From contig CAJINV010000005.1 of the NCBI GenBank assembly GCA_905178155.1, positions 2,048,054 to 2,112,053 of the forward strand: 64,000 bases of DNA, read 5' to 3'. The notes below the pieces were generated by a model that saw nothing but the letters and a program-made list of their open reading frames with translations, made no database searches and was not told the origin of the DNA. Position numbers and translations under genes: made by a program. This DNA comes from Amoebophrya sp. A120. Lineage: Eukaryota; Protista; Dinoflagellata. Below are positions 1 through 10,883 of the stretch, piece by piece (position 1 is the stretch's first letter; the number at the start of each line of letters is the position of its first letter).

Positions 1-191
1 CTAGAAGAGTTTCATCCGGTGAAGATGGTACAACTAGTAGCTTCTAAAATTGTAGAACACTGTCGCTCGAAGGTGTAGCTCGAAGGTGTCGCTGGTGAGG
101 GTGGACCGCCGTCGTAGTCGTGCCGCTGGTCAGCTTAGCTTTCACGAGAGGTGGAGGACAGTGGTAGCTGCAGGTCGACGTTCCCGGGGGC

Positions 192-1220
192 GTGGTTAGC
201 TTTCAGGGGGAAGGGGAGGGGATTCTCCTGGGGGCGAAAACTCTGCAGGCGCAGGGCTTTTGAGTGCGCCGGAGCCCCCTGGAGGAAGACAAAGGCGTGA
301 CAGCGGCCCGCCCCAGGCCCCTGGAGAAGGAGAAGCACCGGGAAACCGAAAGAACACCCGGGGCGAGCCCACCCTGGGAGGGGACGAGCCCTCCAGGGTG
401 TTCCCAATTTGCGAGCACCCCCCCAAGTTGCGAGCCTTAAGGGCGGCCGCTCGTCATTCTAGCTACGCCCCACTCTATTTCTAGTTACGCCGCCAAGGCG
501 GTGGGGCTGCTTTCGACGGAGCCCACAGGGCCGCAGCTGCGGAAGCTGCGCGACAAAAAACCTGGCCAGCCAGGCAGGTGCAACCAGCCCAGGGGGACTA
601 GGCGCACTGTGTGTGATGGCCATTCCTTCGGGGCAGCGAGAAAAGGCGCCGCTTTCTTTGCGCAGGGCGGCGGGGGCATCCACACGAGGAGGGGCCTCCG
701 CCGCGAGGCAAAACGGGGTAGCCCAAACAAAGCGCAAAGCCATCCCGGGCACCGTGGCCGGGCCGGAGCTGCTAGTTCGCCTGCACCTGCGGGCGCAGCA
801 GCGCGCAGCGCGCCACCCTCAGTCAGACAAATAAGCCCTTTCCCTCCCACGGCTGCGCCCCCTTTTCCCAGGAACGAGCGCCACGTCCCGCGCTACCACA
901 CAGACACGGGTTGCTCGGCGCTAGTTTCTCCACAGGGGGCGAGGGAAGCCAGCAGCGCTGGCGAGCTCTGTGGCGCAAGCTCGGGGCGAGCCGACCCGCG
1001 CGCGGGGCAATGGGGGCGATTTTGTACTAGTAAGCTTTCTCCTAGTAAACTCTCTACTAGTACGCTTACTAGTAGTTTTTTTCCTTCCGTGTCACGTTAA
1101 ACTTACTAGTAACGTTGTTCACTAGTAAAATTCTTGGATTTTCCTTACTAGTAAGATTTTACTAGTAGAAATCGGGCCATGCGTCAATCACTTTCCTTGC
1201 CGTATAGTATATAGGGTATT
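192..1220. mobile_element. Insert I1 (ACTAGT-cluster family)
   Basis: Last ~170 bp homologous to the end of insert 2055-2717 (ACTAGT cluster, then GCCGTATAGTATATAGGG); both end at the same target base. Confidence 0.7.
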
Positions 1221-2054
1221 GTGCCGCTGGTCAGCTTAGCTTTCACGAGAGGTGGAGGACAGTGGTAGCTGTAGGTCGACGTTCCCGGGTTACTTGGGTA
1301 AGGCCCGCAGCATCTGTGAAACTTTTAATCGCGCGGCAAATTCTTTGTTTTAAGCCTTAAAGTGCCTAATCTAGGAAATCGCGTTCATAAGGTTTAAGCA
1401 TTAGAACGCCTAATCTAAGAAGTCGCAATTTAAGCACTCGAGCGCTTAAACTCACGGAAACGCAGATTGCAGCAATTTGCTCTAGCAAATTTCAAATTTG
1501 TCCACACAGCTTCAAAGATAGCCAGTCAATTAGCCATTCGAATGCTTAAAATGACTGCTTATTTTCAAGCAGTTAAGCACTCGAATGGCTAAACTGATTA
1601 TTTGTCTGTGAAGTTGCGTGAACAAATTTGAATTTGCCCAGCAGAGCAAATCTCAGACGCAGATTGCAATCTGTGTTTCCGTGAATTTAAGCACTCGAAT
1701 GCCTAAACGCTATATCTACCCCGAGCGCGAGTGCTGTTGGTGTTGCTCGAGAGACAAAGAGCTCTCGCACCATGGGAAACAAAAGCTCCGCCGGTGCAAG
1801 AGCGCAGAGCCTGCCAAAGCGTCCCGCGGCGCTTTTGTCAAGTGCCCGCCCGGCGCAAAACCGCCGTGGGCGTCGTGATCCCCCCAGATCGCGACGCCTG
1901 GGGCAATTTGCCCCATTGGGCCCCCTGCGGGCTTCGATGCACAATGCTGCAGCGCGGCGCGGGCGCCTGGCGCGCGAGGGCGAGGAGGCGAATTCAAGAG
2001 CAAGGCGCGGCGCTTAGCTTTCACGAGAGGTGGAGGACAGTGGTAGCTGTAGGT

Positions 2055-2717
2055 ACCTAGCACGGGCGGTCGTCGTGGTATCTAGCACGGGCGGTCGCTC
2101 CGCGACCGCCGGAGAGGTATGGAGTAGACAAGGATGCGATGGGCCCGATTTCCTAATAGGAAGGTTGCAGTCCTCGCGGGGAAGGGGCAGGAGGCGATAA
2201 GCGTCTAGGCGCGCTTGTCCCAGGCGCCGGCGCCCACTAGCGCCCACGCCCCAGGGTCCGCCGCGAAAGCGGGTGGGCGACGAGCCTTCTGGGGGGTTTG
2301 CAAGTTTTTGCGAGCACCCCTTAAGGTGGGTAAGCTACTATGTGCATTTTGCTGAAGCCCACGGGAAAGTGGCGCCTGCCTAAGAAGCCCTACTTACGCA
2401 AAGGGACGGGGCAACCTCCATGCGCAGCGGCCCGCCCCCCGCGACGGGAGTGGGCACGGTGCACATGAGAAGCGAGCGGGGCTGGAGGAAAGGGGCGGCC
2501 TGCCCTCCTGAAAGGCAGGAATACCCACACCACGGGGAATACCCACACCACGTCCGTGTTTTACTAGTAGATTTTTTGCTCGCCTGTCCCGTTAAACTTA
2601 CTAGTAACGTTTTTTGCTAGTAAAAATTTGCGGACTTTTGTTACTAGTAAGGTTTTTACTAGTAGGAATCGGGCTAGGCGCCAATCGCATTTCTTGCCGT
2701 ATAGTATATAGGGCATT
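2055..2717. mobile_element. Insert I3 (same family as I1)
   Basis: Shares TTGCGAGCACCCC block and the ACTAGT/TATAGTATATAGGG right end with I1. Confidence 0.7.
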
Positions 2718-2815
2718 GTGCCGCTGGTCAGCTTAGCTTTCACGAGAGGTGGAGGACAGTCGTAGCTGTAGGTGGCGGCGCGGGTGGGCAGTATTTCTGG
2801 CGCCCCGCCCTTTGA

Positions 2816-3421
2816 GCGTTTTTCCTTTCATACTGCGGTGTCCTGGCGAAACTCCAACCCCCACCAGCGGATCAGCCACAGCATATCTTCTTCCCCGAAC
2901 CAGTTCCACTTCCGCGTACCGACCAGCACCGAGACCGGTCACCACGGCGTGGACCAGCAGTAGTACAGCAAGGAGCAGGCGGTTACAACCAGGAGCCCAA
3001 GCTGATAGAGCGCCAGAAGGGAGTCGCCAGAATCCCCGAGCGAGAGCTGTGCCAGGTTTACTGCTCGCTCTGTGACGAGCTTCTCGCCCGTATCAACCTG
3101 GGAAACTGCACCAAGGCGAAGACAGGACTGCGGATGACGTTGAAGAGGGTGGCGGACAAGGAGGAAAAAGAAGACGAAAGTCAGTACCTCCCGGAGGACA
3201 TCGTGGCACCAGGGGAGCAGCAACAATTCTACACCACCACTGGCATCTTCAAGGACGACGACCAGCGAAACTGGAAGCGCATCCAGGCGTGGGTGCCAGG
3301 GCGGAAGATTCGATGTCCATGTAGGATGGACGTTGACAACGAGAGTCAAGACATCAAGAGGCTCTACACACTGAAATCAGGACAGGACTTGAACTTTGAC
3401 CCGGACCAAATCCAGTGCTGA
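2816..3421 (+). CDS. Possible cargo ORF in insert I4 (stop-free frame of ~200 codons, first ATG at 3134), Cys-rich
   Basis: Frame open from 2816 to stop at 3421; includes CQVYCSLC and RCPC; followed by an A-rich tract; no recognised family. Confidence 0.35.
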   Translation, partial: AFFLSYCGVLAKLQPPPADQPQHIFFPEPVPLPRTDQHRDRSPRRGPAVVQQGAGGYNQEPKLIERQKGVARIPERELCQVYCSLCDELLARINLGNCTKAKTGLRMTLKRVADKEEKEDESQYLPEDIVAPGEQQQFYTTTGIFKDDDQRNWKRIQAWVPGRKIRCPCRMDVDNESQDIKRLYTLKSGQDLNFDPDQIQC

Positions 3422-4035
3422 GCAGCAGTCGATAAGCACCCAAAAATAAAAAAAGTTTAAACCCCCAAAAAACAACCTTTTTTTTTTCGCGTGTTCTGGT
3501 GGTACAAAATTTTTGTAGAGATGGCAAAATTTTTCTCCCCTAATTTCACGAGAGGTGGAGGACAGTCGTAGCTGTAGGTCGACGTTCCCGGGGGCTTAAG
3601 ATCTTCCGTGGTGGAGGAGGGTCATCAAGTTCTTGAGGTGCTGCAGTACAGATTACAACCACACCGGCGTCGCGAATACAAAAAAAATCTTCTGTTCTTC
3701 TGGTTTTGACTCCACCAGCACGATTCGCGCAATCATTAAAAATCTCGTTTTGACGGCGCGATGGACCTTTTTTAAACTTGTTCGTAGTTGCGACGCTCCA
3801 CTTTCACCGCGGTTGGGTAAGTGGCAGTTGTGGTTCGTGGTTCTTGTGGATCATACATAATTCTTCCAACGGTATTGTTGTATCGTGAAGCACACCGGGC
3901 GGGTCGTCGTCGTCGTCGTGTTGTTCTTCCTTGAGCTAATGTAAAAAAAAAACTTTCTTCTCCAGCGAAAAAATTGTGGAGAACTTATTCAGATCAGACA
4001 GGGCAGCAGCAGCTTTTATCAAAAATAACAAGTAG

Positions 4036-6339
4036 TGTGTTCAGATATTGTTTCGTCACACTAAATGTTTTCGTAAATAATGGACGTCCAAGGAATCAAG
4101 TTGGTCAAATTGTTGGAATAAAGTTGGTAACTGGAATCAAGTTAAATGGAATCAAGTTGGACTCTGGAATCAAGTTGACTGGAATCAGGTTGGGTCCTGG
4201 AATCAAGTTGCGTGTCCCGTTTCCCGTTTCCGCGAGAAGCACTGCGCGGGCCCCGTTATCTCCTCCACCGCCAAACGTTATTCACCATGCACGCGCCAGC
4301 CTGTGCTTCGGCCCCCCGCCTTCCTACCTTTACCGAAGGCTGGCCTGCCTTCCGACGGGCCATGCATGTTCCGGGGCGGGGGCGTAGATGTGACGAGGCC
4401 CCGGGACACAAAAGAAAAAACCCGGGGCCCCCGGCGCAAAAGCTGTAAGCACACGCGCACAGCCCCGGACAGCCGCAAACCTGCGCGCTCCGAAGCCGAA
4501 TCCAAAACGCCTCGGCGAGCCCGGGCACAGAAAAACCCCGAACCACCCACGTCGCGCAGGAGGTGTCAATGAGCTCGGGCCATTCATCAATCTGGAGTCG
4601 ATGGCGAAAGCTTCGCGCCAGCCAGGAAATAAACAACTCACACTCCCCAGAGAGGCAATCAAGCAGCGGTCCTTCCGCCAGGGAGAGACCTACCAGAGGG
4701 CAAGGAAGGCGAAATGGCGGCCCCCGAGACACCTTCCGCAGGAAGGCAAAACGGAATCCCCCGAGACTGACACCATCCCCAGGAAGGCACTGTGGCAACA
4801 AAACCTGCCGACTTGTAACATTTCTCGCCACGTCTCTATCGACCAGAGGAAGAAAAGCCAGACGCCTTTGATGAACGTGGCCGCCTTTCAAAAAAAATAG
4901 CGGAGAACTTTAGGCACGAGGGTGTGGCAGCCACAAAACACAAAAAGCGCAGCAGCTAGATTCTTCCAAGGAGAGGCATTGCGAGGCGAAGGACTGATGG
5001 GGATGAAGTTGTGGTGGTTTACTTGATTTCATTCCACCACTTGATTCCAGGTAGTAACTTGTGTTCAGATATTGTTTCGTCACGCTAAATGTGTTCGTAA
5101 ATAAGAACCACTCCCCACGACTGCGTCGTGGGGCAAGGCTGATTTGAATTGCTGCTGGGCCAAGTTTGGAGTTATTGCGTGTATTGCAAGCGCTTTCTGC
5201 TTGGTTAGTGAAAACAGGCGACAGGTAGTCAGAGGCGACGCCGTCCGCGGCCGGGCTCACTGACCAAGCTCCAGGTAGTACTCAACTGCCAAGAAGAACC
5301 AAAAAAGAGAAAAAAAGCCGACGTCTCCAGGGCAGGGCATTCACCGCGGCCGAAGAAACTGCTTTTCAGAGGCAAAAAGCAGCACAGGCCTCGACACAGA
5401 ATGGAACCGCAGGCGCCACCGGCTTTTTTTTGATGCAAAAGTGAAATCCCAAAGGGGAGTTCGAGAAAAAGCACAATAGCAGAGCAAGCAGCTGAACAAT
5501 AACTCCCCAGCGCGTCCTGTGAAAATATGTTCTAGCACAAGCAGCGCTCTTTCATCGCACAAGAAAGCAAGGCGCGCACTAAGTCGTGCCTGTGGGCACT
5601 TTCGAAATGCGCGCGCGCGCCGGTGGCACTTTCGAAATAGGCGGCGCGAGCAATGCTTTTAAAACGCCCAACAAAGCAATGCGCATCAGAAAAGCTTTTG
5701 AGCACTTTCGTGCGTCTTGCGTATTTTCTGAAGAGTCTTCAGAAGCTTTTCAGTCTTCAGAAGATTCTACAGAAGAGGGTCTTCAGAAGGTCAAAGCTTC
5801 TGAAGAATGCGGAAAAAAGGACGCAAAAAGTTGTCGCTTTGGAGACACAATTGAAAAACCTTCTGAAGGTTTTCAACCTTCAGAAGGTTGGCCAAAATTG
5901 CGACACTTCACTGCCTTTTTTTGTCTAAAAAGTCGGAAAGTCTTCTGAAGGTCAAAAAAGTGCCACCTTCTGAAGGTTTTCAACCTTCAGAAGATTTCAA
6001 AACGGTCATTTTTCACCTTCTGAAGGTTTTTTTGCTCATTTTCCATCTTTTTCTTCTGAAGGTCAAAAAAAACCTTCTGAAGGCGTGACCTTCAGAAGAA
6101 AAAAATGCTCACGGTTAAACCGATGGTATGCTCGCTCAAAAAAAAGAGGCTTTTTTCCATTTCTTCTGAAGGTTCCAGTGATGATTTTGGACCTTCATAA
6201 GACCTTCAGAAGAAAAAGCTTCTGAAGGTTCAGCAGCAATTTTGCCAAGCCTGCCCCTTATAGTTATTAGCTTATGATGAGGGAGATGTTGTTGTGTTCA
6301 GATATTGTTTCGTCACACTAAATGTTTTCGTAAATAATG
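4036..6339. repeat. Array 2: three copies of a 45-47 bp direct repeat separated by inserts of ~0.98 and ~1.19 kb
   Basis: TGTGTTCAGATATTGTTTCGTCAC(A/G)CTAAATGT(T/G)TTCGTAAATAA at 4036-4082, 5060-5104, 6293-6339. Confidence 0.92.
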
Positions 6340-6821
6340 ATGAGGGAGATGATTTGATGGCTCTTCATCCCGGTTCTATTCTTTTCGAGTAGACATCAGC
6401 GAAATGTACTTATCAACCGTGAACTACCAGAAGATCATATTCTTATTCGTCCTGCAAGGAAATGACGATTGTTCAGCCCAAGAGTAGCTCGTACAACTTA
6501 CTGCTGCGGTCATGTGCTGTGGATCCTGACAGCTACCGAAGAGTGTTCACTAGGCCGCGACTAAAGAAATCTCTACAATGACTAGCGAAAGGTAAGAAAA
6601 CCCATTATTTAATAGTATTCCGCAATAGAAACAAAGAATAGAAACGAAAAACAAAAACAAAGAATGGAAACGAAAAACGACAACAAACAATGGAAACGAA
6701 AAACGAAAACAAAGAATAGAAACGAAAAATGAAAACAAAGAATAGAAACGAAAAACGAAAACAAAGAATAGAAACGAAAAACAACAACAACGAAATGCAG
6801 ACAAAGCGCCCAAGCTTCTAA

Positions 6822-7455
6822 GCGGCGAAGCCTTGAAACGAAGAGGCCGCGAAACGCCTAAGCAGCGAAGCCTCGGAGCAGCGAAGCCTCGAAGCTGCGA
6901 AGCCTCGAAGCAGCGAAGCCTCGAAGCGGCGAAGCCTCGAAGCGGCGAAGCCTCGAAGAAGCAGCGAAGCCTCGAAGAAGCAGCGAAGCCTCGAAGAAGC
7001 AGCGAAGCCTCGAAGCGGCAGCGAGGCCTCGAAGCAGCAGCGAAGCCTCGAGGCAGCAGCGAAGCCTCGAGGCAGCAGCGAAGCCCCGAGGCAGCAGCGA
7101 AGCCCCGAGGCAGCAGCGAAGCCTCGAGGCAGCAGCGAACCCTCGAGGCAGCAGCGAACCCTCGAGGCAGCAGCGAAGCCTCGAAGCAGCAGCGAAGCCT
7201 CGAAGCAGCAGCGAAGCCTCGAAGCAGCAGCGAAGCCGCGAAGCCTCGAAGTGGCGAAGCCTCGAAGCAGCGAAGCCTTGAAGCAGCGAAGCCTCGAAGC
7301 AGCAAGCCTCGAAGCAGCAAAGCCTTGAAGCAGCGAAGCCTCGAACCAGCGAAGCCTCGAACCAGCGAAGCCTCGAACCAGCGAAGCCTCGAACCAGCGA
7401 AGCCCCGAACCAGCCAAGCCTCGAAGCGGCGAAGCCTCGAAGCGGCGAAGCCTCG
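6822..7455. repeat. Minisatellite, 16-19 bp unit GCAGC(AGC)GAAGCCTCGAA
   Basis: Directly visible tandem array. Confidence 0.95.
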
Positions 7456-9030
7456 AATTTGTCGTTGCGCCGGACCGGAGCGACAAATCCAGGGGTCCCC
7501 GGACCCGCGAATTTGTCGTTGCGCCGGACCGGAGCGACAAATCCAGGGGTCCCCGGACCCGCGAATTTGTCGTTGCGCCGGACCGGAGCGACAAATTCAG
7601 GGGTCCGCGGACCCGCGAGTTTGTCGTTGCGCCGGACCGGAGCGACAAATTCAGGGATCCCCGGACCCGCGAGTTTGTCGTTGCGCCGGACCGGAGCGAC
7701 AAACTCACGGGTCCCCGGACCCGCCAATTTGTCGCTGCGCGGGACCGGAGCGACAAACTCAGGGGTCCCCGGACCCGCCAATTTGTCGTTGCGACGGGCC
7801 GGAGCGACAAACTCAGGGATCCCCGGACCCGCCAATTTGTCGCTGCGCGGGACCGGAGCGACACATTCAAAGGTCCCCGGATCCGCGAGTTTGTCGTTGC
7901 GCCGGACCGGAGCGACAAATTCAGGGATCCCCGGACCCGCGAGTTTGTCGCTGCGCCGGACCGGAGCGACAAATTCAGGAATCCCCGGACCCGTCATTTT
8001 GTCGTTGCGCCGGACCGGAGCGGCAAATCCAGGGGTCCCCGGACCCGTCATTTTGTCGTTGCGCCGGACCGGAGTGACAAAATCAAGGGTCCCCGGACCC
8101 GCCATTTTGTCGTTGCGCCGGACCGGAGCGACAAAATCAGGGGTCCCCGGACCCGCCATTTTGTCGTTGCGCCGGACTGGAGCGACAAAACCAGGAGTCC
8201 CCGGACCCGCCATTTTGTCGCTGCGCCGGACCGGAGCGACAAAATCAGGGGTCCCCGGACCCGCCATTTTGTCGTTGCGCCGGACCGGAGCGACAAAATC
8301 AGGGGTCCCCGGACCCGCCATTTGCATTTTGTCGGTCGTTGCGCCGGACCGGAGCGACAAAATCAAGCGTCGTCGGACCCGCCAATTTGTCGTTGCGCCG
8401 GACCGGAGCGACAAAAGCGGGGTCCGTCGGACCCGCCAATTTGTCGTTGCGCCGGACCGGAGCGACAAAAGCGGGGTCCCCCGGACCCGCCAATTTGTCG
8501 TTGCGTCGGACCGGAGCGACAAAAGCGGGGGTCCACGGACCCGCCACTTTGTCGTTACGCCGGACCGGAGCGACAAATTCATGGGTCCCCGGACCCGCGA
8601 ATTTGTCGCTGCGCCGGACCGGAGCGACAAACTCAGGGGTCCCCGGACCCGCCAATTTGTCGTTGCGCCGGACCGGAGCGACAAATTCAGGGGTCCCCTG
8701 ACCCGCCAATTTGTCGTTGCGCCGGACCGGAGCGACAAATCCAGGGGTCCCCGGACCCGCGAATTTGTCGTTGCGCCGGACCGGAGCGACAAATCCAGGG
8801 GTCCCCAGACCCGCCAATTTGTCGCTGCGCCGGACCGGAGCGACAAATCCAGGGGTCCCCGGACCCGCCAATTTGTCGTTGCGCCGGACCGGAGCGACAA
8901 ATTCAGGGGTCCCCGGGCCCGCGAGTTTGCCGTTGCGCCGGACCGGAGCGACAAATTCCGGGGTCCCCGGACCCGCGTATTTGTCGCTGCGCCGGACCGG
9001 AGCGGCAAATTCAGGGGTCACCGGACCCGC
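7456..9030. repeat. 54-bp tandem repeat, ~29 copies, with internal inverted repeats
   Basis: Unit AATTTGTCGTTGCGCCGGACCGGAGCGACAAATTCAGGGGTCCCCGGACCCGC(G/C); 18-aa periodicity in the ORF track. Confidence 0.95.
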
Positions 9031-10883
9031 GAAGCCCGGTGCCGGACCATGGCCGCCGAGCCGGTGCCGGACCATGGCCGGGCCCGCCGCCCGGCGCCAG
9101 ATCGCGGCTACGCCGGTGCCAGCATGCAAGATGGCGGCAAAGGCCAACCTGCCAGCCGCGCCGGTGCCGGATCGTGGCCAAGCCAGTCTGGCGCTTTCAA
9201 AATCGCAGGCGGGTGGGCCTGCCTGTGCTGAAGCGCCGGAACCGATTTTCCACAGATAGACGCTGAGTTTGTGCTACTATTCATCATCATCTAGCGGAAT
9301 ACTATTAAGTCTGCAGGTTACTGGACACGGGAAGCGGGATAAGGCTAGTAAAGGAAGACCATCCAAATCATCTCAAACTTGTACAGTGCCTAATGAATAG
9401 AGCAGCCGTGGTCGTGACGTGCCATTGACGTTCACTCAATACGTGTATTGATGATCTTGCACGTTGTTCAGAACGACCTGCGTGTCGTGAATAACTAGAA
9501 CCAAAATCGACCTCGATTCGCAACGCATCGCACTATATCAAGATCTTTTCCATGCCGCTGGCTCATGCAAATTTGGTAACGCTAACGATCTCTTTCACGC
9601 ATGATAATGTGAAGATCAAGATCTCCGCCTGTCCAGGCTTGATACATCTAGAGTGTGCGGCTGTGGTAGTGGTCGTCCTTGCGTCTATTAAAGAAGTTAC
9701 GCTAAGCAAGCACACGCATCTTTTTTCGGGGAGCGATCGCGCGAACAACGCAATTCCAGTACGAGAACGTTGACTCATCTTGGCTGGGGCGGTATGCCCT
9801 CGGCACGACAAGTTTAAACGAATAAGTAATTATTTTCCGACTGTACATGTTATCATTCTGTTCGATCATCAGCTTTCGTTCTGTTTGATCAAAAACGAAA
9901 AAACAGTTCGCAAGTTCAAGAAAATTGTCGACCTCCCGGGTCACAAACCCAATCTTTTTGTACCTCGGGTAATTTTTTCGAGGAGCCTCATACCTCTCCC
10001 CTTCTTTAGTGGAACGTAAATACCTTTCAAGAAAAAGCACCTCCTACTCATACATAAAACTTCGTAGAAACGTGATGTGGTTGTCCGTCTGTGCAGCGTT
10101 TCTAAAGGACCACCTAGGACAAAGTTATCAATATCAACTCAAATCTTATTTGCGTGTAATAATAATCACGAGTCCCTACTTTTTTTAAAATCAAGCTCTG
10201 CAAATTCAAATCAATGTGTGTGTCCTGTATTGCGCGAATAAAGCGTTCCACTGTGACTGATGCGTTTGGAGGACTCACATGACAAAGACAAATTTGAATC
10301 TCATATAACAGATTACGCATGCCAATGAAGTTTGTTTCGCATGTACAGGAGAATTTTCCATGCGTGCCCCCCAAACGAAACAAACTATGCACCGCTGAGA
10401 ACCCCCAACCAAGCGAAAGAAAAACTGCGCTGTTCCATGCTCTGCATCACAAATTCACAGTAGAACAGTTTTTTCTTGCGATATCCCGCACACAAGGTCA
10501 ATCAAGCTCAAATTAATCATGAATTTTGGGTACGAAAATTAAAGTTCAGCATCATCTTCTTGTCAAAAAAAGCTCTAACTCATCCATTGCGGTTAACAAC
10601 ACTATAGTGCTTTTCGCCACTTCTCAATAGCAACATCTGGGAAAAACTATACGACCACTAGGCTTCGTGTATCCATTTTATTTTCAAGTACTAGTATTGT
10701 AACTTGATGAATGAACTTTTTGCATAGTATTTGCAGGTTCAGCACGGAATTACCACGTCGAGACTTGTCCAACAGAGCGCCACGACACAAAAGTCAATTT
10801 CTTCTCAACTGCAATCAAAGAAAATCCAAATCGCGAGTGCTGATTCAAATCTGGTAAAGAACCCAACTGCAGAAGCCCCGCGC

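Larger units (their letters stand above)
120..3595. repeat. Array 1: five staggered copies of a 43-72 bp direct repeat separated by four 0.66-1.03 kb inserts
   Basis: Core TTTCACGAGAGGTGGAGGACAGT(G/C)GTAGCTG(C/T)AGGT in copies at 120-191, 1221-1289, 2012-2054, 2718-2773, 3544-3595; inserts at 192-1220, 1290-2011, 2055-2717, 2774-3543. Confidence 0.92.
6613..9304. mobile_element. Putative non-autonomous TIR element flanked by TTAA, filled with tandem repeats
   Basis: TTAA|TAGTATTCCGC (6609-6623) ... GCGGAATACTA|TTAA (9294-9308) bracket the whole satellite block. Confidence 0.6.

Noticed and set aside
120-3595. Tandem snRNA/SL-RNA/5S genes as the repeat
   Set aside because: No match to the dinoflagellate SL (CCGTAGCCATTTTGGCTCAAG) or any RNA I recognise; copies are variably truncated; an Rfam search would settle it
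3930-3941. Possible relic spliced leader (minus strand ATTAGCTCAAG)
   Set aside because: Only 7 contiguous matching bases
120-6339. True CRISPR array or integron
   Set aside because: Spacers are ~1 kb, repeat boundaries are staggered, repeats differ between loci, no cas or intI gene is seen, and the context is eukaryotic; kept only as an analogy
6550-9266. Long ORFs (up to 716 aa) on both strands
   Set aside because: Products of stop-free GC-rich tandem repeats; open in many frames at once
9400-10800. Short ORFs such as 9702-10040
   Set aside because: Could be exons, but I could not build a consistent gene or recognise a domain
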